DNA of 64,000 nucleotides from Acidobacteria bacterium Ga0074141 (GCA_001464665.1 LNDP01000023.1:158157-222156); one strand, 5' to 3'. Shown: positions 1 to 9,371, counted from the first letter of the stretch. Notes: a model not told the origin generated them from the sequence alone. Numbers and translations are program-made.

Positions 1-1
1 C

Positions 2-1354
2 GTTTGGGGCGACTTTGACAACGACGGCTTCGAGGATCTTCTCGTCTATAAATGGGGCCGCACCGAGCTTTTCAAGAACAACGGCGGCAAAAGTTTCACG
101 CGTGTCGAAGACACGGGTTTCCCCGCTTGGGCAAACATCAACACCGCCATTTGGCTCGATTTTGACCGCGACGGCGTTCTCGATCTTTTTCTCGGTGGTT
201 ACTTTCACGAGGACCTCGATCTGTGGAATCTGCCGAACACGCTGATGATGCCCGAGAGCTTCGAATACGCTCGGAATGGCGGCCGGAAATATCTACTGCG
301 GGGTTTGGGGAATGGAAAATTCGAAGATGTAACGACAGCCGCCGGCATCGACACCAACCGCTGGGCACTCGCCGCCGGTTCGGCCGATTTTGACGGCAAC
401 GGTTTCCCCGACATCTTTATTGCAAATGATTACGCCGTTTCTGAGCTTTTCTTGAATCAGGATGGGAAGCGGTTTGTCGCGGCCGGCGAATCAAGCGGTG
501 TCGGTTTTTCGCCTAAAAGCGGAATGAACGCCTCGTTCGGCGATGTACTTAACGACGGCCGTTTGTCCATCTACGTCTCTAATATTTCCGAGGAAGGCAT
601 CTTGCTCCAGGGCAACAATCTCTGGGTTCCGCGAACGAATTCTTCCGAAGGGTTGAAATACGATAACCAAGCTCTCAACTTCGGGGTTGAACGCGGCGGT
701 TGGAGTTGGGCGGCTCAATTTGGCGACCTCAACAATGATGGGAACCAGGACCTTTTCCTAACGAACGGATATATTTCTGCTGATAAGGCCGCGAATTATT
801 GGTATGATTATTCAAAAGTCACGGTCGGGCACAATACGATCATCGGGGATGCCGCTAATTGGCCGTCAATGGAAGGCCGCAGCCTCGCCGGCTTTCAGCA
901 GAAGCGAGTTTGGTTAAATGATGGTGCTGGCCGCTTCAACGACGCTGCACTTGCTGTCGGCGTAAGCGAAACTTTCGATGGGCGTGCCGTCGCCTTTGCC
1001 GATCTTTGGAACCGCGGTGTCCTGGACGTTATCGTTGCAAATCAGAATGGCCCGGCACTAATTTACAAGAACAATCCGGCACCGGGCAAGAACTGGATCG
1101 CCTTTGAACTTGAAGGAAGTCTCAGCAACCGTTCGGCGATCGGGGCGAGCGTCACACTCTTCTGGGACGGAAAACGTCAGCGGCAGGAGATGACCGGCGG
1201 CATAGGTTTCTGTTCGCAAAATCAGCGGCGGTTGCATTTCGGGCTCGGAACTTCCGGCTCGGTCGAAAAGGCTGAGATCGTTTGGCCTTCCGGCAAAAAG
1301 ACAATAATTGAATCTCCCGGGGTAGGACAAATACACAAGATCAAGGAACAATGA
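2..1354 (+). CDS. CRTAC1 / ASPIC-UnbV family FG-GAP (VCBS) repeat protein, 5' end outside the window
   Basis: Frame 2 is open from base 2 (VWGDFDNDGFEDL...) and runs into the 245..1354 ORF. It has repeated DxDxDG FG-GAP motifs (DFDNDGFED, DFDRDGVLD, DFDGNGFPD, DLNNDGNQD). The C-terminus is UnbV/ASPIC-like: NRSAIGA...GGIGFCSQN..RLHFGLG. Confidence 0.85.
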   Translation, partial: VWGDFDNDGFEDLLVYKWGRTELFKNNGGKSFTRVEDTGFPAWANINTAIWLDFDRDGVLDLFLGGYFHEDLDLWNLPNTLMMPESFEYARNGGRKYLLRGLGNGKFEDVTTAAGIDTNRWALAAGSADFDGNGFPDIFIANDYAVSELFLNQDGKRFVAAGESSGVGFSPKSGMNASFGDVLNDGRLSIYVSNISEEGILLQGNNLWVPRTNSSEGLKYDNQALNFGVERGGWSWAAQFGDLNNDGNQDLFLTNGYISADKAANYWYDYSKVTVGHNTIIGDAANWPSMEGRSLAGFQQKRVWLNDGAGRFNDAALAVGVSETFDGRAVAFADLWNRGVLDVIVANQNGPALIYKNNPAPGKNWIAFELEGSLSNRSAIGASVTLFWDGKRQRQEMTGGIGFCSQNQRRLHFGLGTSGSVEKAEIVWPSGKKTIIESPGVGQIHKIKEQ

Positions 1355-2214
1355 GCACAACCGTATCTGCAATAAATCCCGCTTCGTTCGGCGGCGACGC
1401 TGTCCCAATGAAAATGTGGGGCATCGATTCTCGCTTTATCGCTCCGATACTCATTACTCTGATCCTCCTCGTCGGCCAGCTTTCGTTCGGTATTCTCGAA
1501 AGTTACCCTCAGACGCTGACGGCCATCGGCGTTTGCATCCTGGCCGAGATCATCCTCTCATATGCGGTCGTCGGCAAGTTCCCTCACCTTGCGAGTGCTT
1601 ATATTTCGGGCATCAGTGCCGGCATCCTAATTCGCTCGCCGGAGTTTTGGCCGTTCGCCCTCTGTGCCGCGGTTGCGATCTGTTCAAAGTACGTGCTCCG
1701 CCTCGAGGGCCGCCACCTATGGAACCCGACCAATTTTGCGGTCAGCTTTATGCTCTTTGCCGCGCCGTTTTCGGTGGCAAGCCTTTCCATTCAATGGGGA
1801 AACAACATCTACGCAATGATGGTGATCTGGCTGCTCGGCTCGATAATTGTCTATCGGCTCAAGCGTTTTCATATCACGGCCACCTACGTCGCCGCCTTCG
1901 TTGCGTTTGCATTTTTCAGAAGCGTTTGGACCGGCGATTCTTTCCTAGCCGAGGTCGCGCCGATCACCGGGCCGATGTATCAACTCTTTATCTTTTTCAT
2001 GATCACCGACCCGAAGACGACGATCCGGCATTCAAAGGCGGCGCAAATCATAGTCGTGCTTGCGATCGCGGGCGTTGAGGCGATATTGCGGCTTATGGAG
2101 AACGTCCACGCTCCGTATTACGCTCTTTTCCTCGTCGGCCCGATAGCTAATCTCATCGATATTTACTGGCTTTCGAAGAAGAAAACGGGTTCAGAGCTTG
2201 CGACTACTGCGTAA
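1351..2214 (+). CDS. polytopic membrane protein, NqrB/RnfD-like
   Basis: 287-aa ORF whose start overlaps the upstream stop (ATGA). It has 7-8 hydrophobic segments. FFMITDPKTT resembles the conserved FxATDP(V)T motif of NqrB/RnfD-type subunits. No other Nqr/Rnf genes are in the window. Confidence 0.55.
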   Translation: MSTTVSAINPASFGGDAVPMKMWGIDSRFIAPILITLILLVGQLSFGILESYPQTLTAIGVCILAEIILSYAVVGKFPHLASAYISGISAGILIRSPEFWPFALCAAVAICSKYVLRLEGRHLWNPTNFAVSFMLFAAPFSVASLSIQWGNNIYAMMVIWLLGSIIVYRLKRFHITATYVAAFVAFAFFRSVWTGDSFLAEVAPITGPMYQLFIFFMITDPKTTIRHSKAAQIIVVLAIAGVEAILRLMENVHAPYYALFLVGPIANLIDIYWLSKKKTGSELATTA

Positions 2215-2317
2215 ATACGGAAGGAAATGGTAGTGCAACATTTCTGCGTTTCATGTTGCATCTGTGCAATTTTTATAGTATCCTTCCCTTCCAAATTTAG
2301 TTCGCAAGGAGATATTT

Positions 2318-2845
2318 ATGAGCACAAGTACTGCACAAAGTTCGAATAATGTAGCATCGGCCTTTATCGCTGAGCTGCAGCATGAAGCCGCAACCACCCG
2401 CCAATGCCTGGAGCGCATCCCGGCCGAGAAATTTGACTGGAAGCCGCATGAAAAATCGATGACCTTCGGCCGGCTGGCCTCGCACATCGCCGAAATGTTC
2501 GGCTGGACACCCGCCACGCTTACCCAACCCGAACTCGATTTCGCCAAGTTCGATTACACTCCGTTTGACCCGAAAACGACCGAAGAGCTGGTCGAGTTTC
2601 TCGATAAGAATGTGAACGAGGCGATCGAAACGCTTCGCAACACACCGGACGACGTTTTCCTCGAAAACTGGACGATGCGCAATGGCGAAACGGTCTATTT
2701 CACGATGCCAAAGATCGGCGTAATGCGCTCGTTCGTCGGCAACCACATCGTCCATCACCGCGGCCAGCTTTCGGTCTATCTGCGGCTCAACGACATCGCC
2801 GTCCCCGCGATCTACGGCCCATCGGCCGACGAAGGGCAGATGTAG
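2318..2845 (+). CDS. DinB/YfiT superfamily protein
   Basis: AAGGAG lies 6 nt upstream of the ATG. GNHIVHHRGQLSVYLR is the histidine-rich helix typical of the DinB_2 family. Size is 175 aa. Confidence 0.8.
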   Translation: MSTSTAQSSNNVASAFIAELQHEAATTRQCLERIPAEKFDWKPHEKSMTFGRLASHIAEMFGWTPATLTQPELDFAKFDYTPFDPKTTEELVEFLDKNVNEAIETLRNTPDDVFLENWTMRNGETVYFTMPKIGVMRSFVGNHIVHHRGQLSVYLRLNDIAVPAIYGPSADEGQM

Positions 2846-2884
2846 GTAAAATGTGAAAAGGGCGAGAAGTTCAAAGGTGAAAAA

Positions 2885-2914
2885 GGTGGGCGCGAGCGGC
2901 CCGCCTTTTTATTT
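2885..2914 (+). terminator. rho-independent terminator after the DinB-family gene
   Basis: GGTGGGC-gcgagcg-GCCCGCC stem (one G-U pair) followed by TTTTTATTTT. Confidence 0.7.
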
Positions 2915-2955
2915 TCCGCCCGAAATGCGAATATTTTATTTCTGCCTAGGAATCG

Positions 2956-3906
2956 ATGTCCGTATTGGAAAACATAGATAAGCTCTTTGCCGGCGAACCG
3001 CGGTCGGTTGCCCGGGCGATCACTTTGGCCGAGTCCGGCGGGCCGAAGGCGGCTGAGCTGATGCGCTCGATCTTTCCACGTACCGGACGAGCAACCGTTA
3101 TCGGCATTACCGGGTCGCCGGGAGCGGGAAAATCGTCTTTGGTTGATAAGCTAGCTCTTTTTTACAAGAACGAGGGGCTTCGCGTCGGGATCGTCTGCAT
3201 TGATCCATCAAGCCCGTTTTCGGGCGGTGCGATCTTGGGCGACCGCATTCGGATGTCCACGCTCGGCATGGATAAAAATGTCTTTATCCGCTCGATGGCG
3301 ACCCGCGGAAATCTCGGCGGCCTTTCGCGTTCGACCGTAGATGCGGTGGCGATCCTTGATGCAGCGGGTTACGACAAGGTCATCGTCGAAACGGTCGGCG
3401 TCGGGCAGGACGAGGTCGAGATAGTGAAAACGGCCGATGTTTCGGTCGTCGTTCTCGTGCCGGGAATGGGCGACGACATACAGGCGATCAAGGCCGGGAT
3501 AATGGAGATCGGCGACGTTTTCGTCATCAACAAAGCCGACCGCGAAGGCGTGCTGCGGACGCAAAAGGAGCTCGAATCTCTCCTATCGCTCGCACATCGC
3601 CCCGATATGTGGAATCCGCCGATCGTCCCGACCGTCGCGACGGAATCCAAAGGCATCGAAGACCTCGCCGCCGCCATCGAAAGATATGCGAAATACACGG
3701 CTATGGCCGACGGCGAGGCCATCGCGGATCGCAAACACGCGATCGCCCGCTGGCGTTTGCTGGAGCTTTTACGTGAGCGGCTGCTTGCCGATCTGCTTGA
3801 AAAGAATGGGGCCGAAAAGGCCCTCGAAAAGCTCTCTGCGAATGTTGCGGCGAAACAGATCGATCCGTATTCCGCTGTCGAGGAATTGATGAGCCGAGAC
3901 CATTGA
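2956..3906 (+). CDS. meaB: methylmalonyl-CoA mutase-associated G3E GTPase MeaB (ArgK)
   Basis: Walker A GITGSPGAGKSS, ETVGVGQ and NKAD motifs. Length is 316 aa. It is followed directly by the epimerase gene. Confidence 0.9.
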   Translation: MSVLENIDKLFAGEPRSVARAITLAESGGPKAAELMRSIFPRTGRATVIGITGSPGAGKSSLVDKLALFYKNEGLRVGIVCIDPSSPFSGGAILGDRIRMSTLGMDKNVFIRSMATRGNLGGLSRSTVDAVAILDAAGYDKVIVETVGVGQDEVEIVKTADVSVVVLVPGMGDDIQAIKAGIMEIGDVFVINKADREGVLRTQKELESLLSLAHRPDMWNPPIVPTVATESKGIEDLAAAIERYAKYTAMADGEAIADRKHAIARWRLLELLRERLLADLLEKNGAEKALEKLSANVAAKQIDPYSAVEELMSRDH

Positions 3907-3924
3907 GACCGGCAAAATAGCTGT

Positions 3925-4338
3925 ATGAAGATCAACCACTTAGGCATTGCGACAAAAGGCATTGATGAAGCTCTCAAGTTTTGGGAGGACGCCCTCGGGC
4001 TTGAGAATGTTCATACCGAGGTCGTCGAGGATCAGAAGGTGCGGGTTGCGATGCTGCCGATCGGCGAGACCCGCGTTGAATTGCTCGAGCCGACCGCCGA
4101 AGATTCGCCGATATCGAAGTTTCTTGAAAAACGCGGCGGCGGCATTCATCACATAGCCGTAGAGGTTGAAGATATCCGGGCGTCGCTCGCTCGGCTTAAG
4201 GCACAAGGCATGCAGCTTATTGACGAAGAGCCGCGTATCGGGGCGGAAGGATGCCTTGTTGCCTTTGTCCACCCAAAGGCCTCGGGCGGTGTTCTATTAG
4301 AACTCGTGCAAACCGATCAGGGGTCAACAACATCCTAG
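3925..4338 (+). CDS. mce: methylmalonyl-CoA epimerase (VOC/glyoxalase fold)
   Basis: MKINHLGIATKGIDEAL..., ETRVELLEP and GGGIHHIAVEV are typical epimerase signatures. Size is 137 aa and it is adjacent to meaB. Confidence 0.85.
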   Translation: MKINHLGIATKGIDEALKFWEDALGLENVHTEVVEDQKVRVAMLPIGETRVELLEPTAEDSPISKFLEKRGGGIHHIAVEVEDIRASLARLKAQGMQLIDEEPRIGAEGCLVAFVHPKASGGVLLELVQTDQGSTTS

Positions 4339-4417
4339 CTGTTTCAGTCCCGTTTTGGTATGATTACGGTTTGCCGTAAGCACATTTGGAATAATCTTTT
4401 TAGTGAGGAATTAGGAA

Positions 4418-5827
4418 TTGAGTAACTTAACAAAAGGTCTGATCTTGCTTCTCGTTGTACTTGGCATTGGTGCCGGGCTGGCCGTCTGGAAAAGCAAGGT
4501 CGGCGGCCACTCGAACGCCGGTTTTAATAAGATCACGCAGCAAGAGGTCGAACTTCTTGTGGCTGATCTGGCCGAGCAGAATCCGATGGCGATCAAACGC
4601 CTCGGCGAGGATGCTGAGCTTCGTAAGCAGCAGTTGAACAATCTCAAAGAATTGTTCGCATTTGCCTCTGAGGCGGAGCGGAGCGGAATGACCAATGACC
4701 CGAAATTCCGCAACGAGCTTCAGAACATCCGAACAGAGCTGACGGCAGTAAACTACGACCGCCACATCAACAAAGACAAGGGCCCGATGCCGCCTTTTGG
4801 ATTCATTGGCGAGGATCAGGTCAAGGCATTCTGGGGTGAAGGCGAACAGCCGGCCAAAGGCTTCTTTGAGAACGCAAAGGACACGATCGGACTCGGCAAA
4901 CGCGACAACGAAATGGCCTTTCAGCGTTTTCTTGATACAAAGATCACACTGCTGAAAGAAAGCAATCCGGCGATGAAAGACCGCGAGATCTCTGAAGAAG
5001 AGAAAACGCAGGCCCGGGAATTCTTTGCAAAGATCAACATATACAACGAAGAATTCGAGACCAAGATCGCCTCGGGCGAACTGCCGAAAGAGCTGAAAGA
5101 TAAGATCGACCTGCAGGTAAAGCTACAGCAAGCCCAATTCCTTGCCCGCGTTTACTCGGACAAGATGGCCAAAGAGATCGAAGTAACCGACGATGATGTC
5201 GCGGCCTACATTGCGGCGAATCCGGAATTTGATACCTCGGCTAAACGAGCCAAGGCTGATGAGATACTCGCTCGTGCTAAAGGCGGCGAAGACTTTGCCG
5301 CTCTTGCGAATGAATTTAGCGAAGATCCGGGCAACAACGCCGGTGAAAACGGCAATAAGCGTGGCGGCCTTTACGACAACGTCAGGCTCGGAATGATGGT
5401 AAAGCCCTTTGAGGAAGCCGCTCTTGCACTTGAACCGGGACAGGTCTCGCAGAATCTCGTGGAAACGGATTTTGGATACCACATCATCAAGCTCGAGAAA
5501 AAAGGCGAAGCCGATGGCCGCGAGGGCCAAAAGGAACAGACCTACGATGTGCGGCACATCCTTATATCGACCGGCTTCAAAGACCCGACCAACCCCATCG
5601 GCCGCGAGGAACCGATCAAGCAGTACGTTCGCCGGAAGCTCGAAGAAGAACGTGAGAAAAAGACGATGGAAGACCTCGTCGCCCGAAACAATGTTCAGGT
5701 GCCCGAGGACTTCAACGTCCCGCAGATCACGGACGAGCAAATACAGGAGATGATGAAACAGCAGCAACAGCAGCAGGTTATCAATACTCCCGGTGGGCAC
5801 TCGGAAGGCGATGGACACGACCATTAA
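4418..5827 (+). CDS. PpiC-type peptidyl-prolyl isomerase (SurA/PrsA-like), membrane anchored
   Basis: TTG start with GAGGAA upstream. It has an N-terminal TM helix, a parvulin core ...FEEAALALEPGQVS..VETDFGYHIIKLE, and a poly-Q/His-rich tail. Confidence 0.8.
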   Translation: MSNLTKGLILLLVVLGIGAGLAVWKSKVGGHSNAGFNKITQQEVELLVADLAEQNPMAIKRLGEDAELRKQQLNNLKELFAFASEAERSGMTNDPKFRNELQNIRTELTAVNYDRHINKDKGPMPPFGFIGEDQVKAFWGEGEQPAKGFFENAKDTIGLGKRDNEMAFQRFLDTKITLLKESNPAMKDREISEEEKTQAREFFAKINIYNEEFETKIASGELPKELKDKIDLQVKLQQAQFLARVYSDKMAKEIEVTDDDVAAYIAANPEFDTSAKRAKADEILARAKGGEDFAALANEFSEDPGNNAGENGNKRGGLYDNVRLGMMVKPFEEAALALEPGQVSQNLVETDFGYHIIKLEKKGEADGREGQKEQTYDVRHILISTGFKDPTNPIGREEPIKQYVRRKLEEEREKKTMEDLVARNNVQVPEDFNVPQITDEQIQEMMKQQQQQQVINTPGGHSEGDGHDH

Positions 5828-5841
5828 TTCCGAAAAGTTTG

Positions 5842-6753
5842 ATGGAGTTAGGTGATTACAGAATAGAAATAATTCCGGATACGGAATTTAGATTAGACGG
5901 AGGGGCGATGTTTGGAGTCGTCCCTCGCGTTTTGTGGGAACGCGTCTGCCCGCCGGATGAACTCAACCGGATCCGGCAGCAGATGAACTGCGTCTTCATC
6001 GACACCGGCACAGAAAAGGTCTTGATCGAGACCGGCATCGGCGAAAAATGGACCGAGAAGGAAACGAAGATCTACGGCATCTTCCGCGAGCGGCCCTTTG
6101 CCGCATCGTTGTTTGAGAAAACAGGTTGCACACCCGACGACATTACGATCGTCATCAACACACATCTCCACTTCGACCACGCCGGCGGAAATACGATTAG
6201 CAGTGGTCAGTTGCCGGTGGCCGGTGGCCAGTCAGAACCGCCTGCGTTAGCGGGCGGCCAGTTCGCCGAGACGCAGGCAACTCCCCAATTCCCGAATGCA
6301 CGTTACCTCGTTTCCAAACGCGAGCTCGAACACGCCGAATCCCCGCACGAGCGCGACCGTGCAAGCTATCTTCCCGAAAACTGGCGGCCGATGATCGAGA
6401 CCGGCCAGCTCGAACCGATGCCCGACGAATACGAACCAATTCCGGGCTTAAAGCTCCAAACCATTCGCGGCCACTCTGAAACAATGCAGACTTGGCGGCT
6501 CGACCGCGGCGGCAGAACAATATACGGCTTCGCCGACCTCATCCCGACCCGCCACCACCTCCCGCTGCCGTGGATAATGGGCTACGACCTCTACCCGACC
6601 GAAACGCTTGCGTTCAAGAAAGAAATATTGCCAAGGGCGGTCGAAGAAGGCTGGATGTGTCTTTTTTATCACGATTTCGAGCACCCGCTTTGCAGAATCG
6701 TTGAGGTCTGTGGAAAATTGTCCTCGGAGGTCATCCAAGAACAAGAAAAATGA
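5842..6753 (+). CDS. MBL-fold metallo-hydrolase carrying an in-frame repeat-derived insert
   Basis: HLHFDHAGGN metal motif, later RGHSETM and FYHDFEHP. The ATG at 5842 is preferred over the TTG at 5839. Codons from about 6196 to 6280 are the REP-like element. Confidence 0.8.
   Translation: MELGDYRIEIIPDTEFRLDGGAMFGVVPRVLWERVCPPDELNRIRQQMNCVFIDTGTEKVLIETGIGEKWTEKETKIYGIFRERPFAASLFEKTGCTPDDITIVINTHLHFDHAGGNTISSGQLPVAGGQSEPPALAGGQFAETQATPQFPNARYLVSKRELEHAESPHERDRASYLPENWRPMIETGQLEPMPDEYEPIPGLKLQTIRGHSETMQTWRLDRGGRTIYGFADLIPTRHHLPLPWIMGYDLYPTETLAFKKEILPRAVEEGWMCLFYHDFEHPLCRIVEVCGKLSSEVIQEQEK
6230..6265 (+). repeat. REP-like hairpin repeat, type A, intragenic copy
   Basis: AGTCAGAACCGCCTGCGTTAGCGGGCGGCCAGTTCG. 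It has an 8-bp stem CCGCCTGC/GCGGGCGG with one T-G pair and a GTTA loop. Confidence 0.85.
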
Positions 6754-7970
6754 TTACAAAGCGACAAGCGAGAGTTCGGTGGTTGGTTGTTGGTCTCATG
6801 TTCGTTTCCCTCTGGGCCTTACCCGTACACACGCAGTCCAGGGAAGATACAGCTCGCGGCCAGAAGCATTTTGATACAGGAAACGAGTTGATGGGTAAGG
6901 GTGATCTCCAAAGTGCGATTGCGTCTTATTCCGAAGCAATAGTGTTGCTACCTAAATCGTACCTGCCCTATATGAATCGTGCTATTGCTTACCTTTCATT
7001 GGGCAGGCTCAACGAGGCGGAAGCCGATGCGGTAAAATCGCTAAGTTTGTTTCAGCCGACAATGAAGGACTCCAATCTTCACTTGGCGACGATTTACCAA
7101 GTGAAAGGAACGTTAAAGCAGTATCGAAGAGAGTACACTGCAGCTCTCGAATTTTTCGATAAAGCCATAGAGACGGAACCAACAGCTGCGAAGTTTTACG
7201 ATAGTCAGGCAACAGCCCTGCGCATGCTCGGTCGGGAGAAGGACGCGATCGTCTCTTACAACAAAGCAATTGAGTTGGACAACAGGGAACCCCTTTTCTT
7301 CAACAACCGGGCCGCACTACATGCGCGTTTAGGCGATACCGTATCAGCGTTCGCAGATCTTGACGAAGCATTAAAATTGGATAAGAACGCGAGCAATGCT
7401 TATTACACAAGGGCTTCGATCCGAATGGCCTCGGAGGAATTTGACGAAGCTCTAAACGATCTTAATGAGGCGATCCGCATCGATCCGAGAAAGGCTATCT
7501 TTTTTCATGCTCGCGGAATATTGCACAATCGAAGAAAGCAGTATGATCTAGCAATCAAAGATCATACTCAGGCGATCAGCGTTGATGCGAATCTTGTAGT
7601 CGCTCATGCCGATCGGGCAATCGCCTATTCAGCCATGAAGAACCTTAGCTCCGCTATCGAGGACATGAGGTCGGCTATTCGGATTGACAATGGTTCTGCA
7701 GTTCTACGATACAATTTGGGCTATTTTCTGTATCAGGATCGTCAGTATTCTGAGGCACTCAAAGTTTTGACCGCGGCCATTTCTATTTCTCCAAAATGGG
7801 CTGCACCGTATGTGCTTCGGTCAAACTGCTATGTCGTTCTTAAGCGAAACGACGAAGCTCTTGCCGATAGGAAGATTGCAAAGGAATTGGGTTCTTCTGG
7901 ACGGCCGTCGAGCGATCGATATACGTTTTTCGAGGTCGAAGCACGGCCGCCGGATAACGAAGAAAATTAA
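6750..7970 (+). CDS. secreted TPR repeat protein
   Basis: ATGA overlap with the upstream gene and a signal-like N-terminus (LVVGLMFVSLWALPVHT). It has about 10 TPR units (A..Y..AI.LDP pattern). GC is visibly lower than in the neighbouring genes. Confidence 0.8.
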   Translation: MITKRQARVRWLVVGLMFVSLWALPVHTQSREDTARGQKHFDTGNELMGKGDLQSAIASYSEAIVLLPKSYLPYMNRAIAYLSLGRLNEAEADAVKSLSLFQPTMKDSNLHLATIYQVKGTLKQYRREYTAALEFFDKAIETEPTAAKFYDSQATALRMLGREKDAIVSYNKAIELDNREPLFFNNRAALHARLGDTVSAFADLDEALKLDKNASNAYYTRASIRMASEEFDEALNDLNEAIRIDPRKAIFFHARGILHNRRKQYDLAIKDHTQAISVDANLVVAHADRAIAYSAMKNLSSAIEDMRSAIRIDNGSAVLRYNLGYFLYQDRQYSEALKVLTAAISISPKWAAPYVLRSNCYVVLKRNDEALADRKIAKELGSSGRPSSDRYTFFEVEARPPDNEEN

Positions 7971-8839
7971 TGGAAACTATTACTATTGGAATAATCGGCG
8001 GCAGTGGTCTTTACCAGATGCCGGAGTTGGAAAACGTTCGGGAGCAGACGGTGGAGACGCCGTTCGGCTCGCCGTCGGATGCGTTCATTATTGGCGAACT
8101 GGATGGCGTGACGGTGGCGTTTTTGCCGCGGCATGCCCGCGGGCATAAGTTTACGCCGACGGAAGTGCCGTACCGAGCGAATATCTACGCGATGAAGCTG
8201 ATGGGCGTGGAATACATTCTCTCGGTGTCGGCGGTCGGCTCGCTTCAGGAGCAATATGCACCTACAGATATGGTGATCCCCGACCAGTTCTTTGACCGAA
8301 CGCGTGACCGGGCGAAGGAATCGACGTTCTTTGGCGAAGGCATCGTCGGCCATGTGACGTTCGCACATCCTGTCTGCAATGAGCTCGGCGACATTCTCGA
8401 GGCGGCGTGCAAGACGGTGGATGTAAAAGTGCATCGCGGCGGCACTTATTTGTGTATGGAAGGCCCGGCCTTTTCAACCAAGGCCGAATCGATGGTCTAT
8501 CGCCAGTGGGGCATGGACGTCATCGGCATGACCAACCTGCAGGAAGCAAAGCTTGCTCGCGAGGCCGAGATCGCCTACGCCACGCTCGCCCTCGTCACCG
8601 ACTACGATTGCTGGTACGAGGGCCACGACGACGTCACCATCGATATGGTCATTGCCTATCTGAACAAGAACGTCCGCAACGCCCAGCTTATCCTGAAAGA
8701 CGCCGTAAAACGCGTCGCTGCCAAAGAAACGCCGAACCAGTTCGCCGGAGCGACCAAGAACGCCATCTTCACCGCCCCCGACCACTGGCCCGCGGAAACA
8801 GCAAAGAAGCTGGAGGCGATCATCGGCAAGTACCGCTAA
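7970..8839 (+). CDS. mtnP: S-methyl-5'-thioadenosine phosphorylase
   Basis: IGIIGGSGLY, FLPRHGRGH-like FLPRHARGHKF, MEGPAFST and GMTNLQEAKLAREAEI are characteristic of the PNP/MTAP family. Confidence 0.9.
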   Translation: METITIGIIGGSGLYQMPELENVREQTVETPFGSPSDAFIIGELDGVTVAFLPRHARGHKFTPTEVPYRANIYAMKLMGVEYILSVSAVGSLQEQYAPTDMVIPDQFFDRTRDRAKESTFFGEGIVGHVTFAHPVCNELGDILEAACKTVDVKVHRGGTYLCMEGPAFSTKAESMVYRQWGMDVIGMTNLQEAKLAREAEIAYATLALVTDYDCWYEGHDDVTIDMVIAYLNKNVRNAQLILKDAVKRVAAKETPNQFAGATKNAIFTAPDHWPAETAKKLEAIIGKYR

Positions 8840-8855
8840 CTTTGGAGTCGTTACG

Positions 8856-9371
8856 ATGCTTCGAAATCAGTTCGCATTCTTGATACTGTGCTGGGCCGTT
8901 CTTGTGCTCACGTCAGGGGTCGCCGGCCAAGAATCAAACAGTCAAACCAACGAAACGAAGACGAAGACCCGGAACAATATTTATCATCACCTTGGCAGCG
9001 TCGAATTGCTGGATGGATTTCGAGGATTCGTGCGCGCAAAGTGGGTCGACGCGTGGGCCGGGACGATCGAATCATCAGATGGTGCGCTTACAATTGATTG
9101 GAGAGCGGGCCTGGTCGAAAAAGTTCAGAACTCGCGGCATAGCGACATCATTTCGTCCTACACCGAAGCCACGCCGATTCGAACCATCGTTTGGAGTAGG
9201 CTCCGTGACCGAGAGAAAGAAACGTTGGTCGCGACGATCGGGTGGTTGGAGTTTAGCGTTTCGTTGTCTGGGAGTAAGGATGAGGAGATATTCCGGGATA
9301 TCGTGCAGTCGTTCAGCAAAGAGCGTTGTATCACTTGTTCATCCTTTCGATTTATGTTGCCTAGAGAATAG
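8856..9371 (+). CDS. hypothetical secreted protein
   Basis: 171-aa ORF with a signal peptide (FAFLILCWAVLVLTSGVAGQ). I recognise no family. The alternative frame 8902..9426 is Arg/Cys-rich and looks non-coding. Confidence 0.55.
   Translation: MLRNQFAFLILCWAVLVLTSGVAGQESNSQTNETKTKTRNNIYHHLGSVELLDGFRGFVRAKWVDAWAGTIESSDGALTIDWRAGLVEKVQNSRHSDIISSYTEATPIRTIVWSRLRDREKETLVATIGWLEFSVSLSGSKDEEIFRDIVQSFSKERCITCSSFRFMLPRE

Noticed and set aside
1416-2078. 220-aa alternative-frame ORF inside the membrane-protein gene.
   Set aside because: Its translation is Arg/Pro/His-rich and not protein-like. The 1351..2214 frame gives regular TM helices.
4339-4417. Small hairpin TTACGG-tttg-CCGTAA after the epimerase gene, as a possible terminator.
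   Set aside because: The stem is only 6 bp and AT-rich, and no T-run follows. This is too weak to call.
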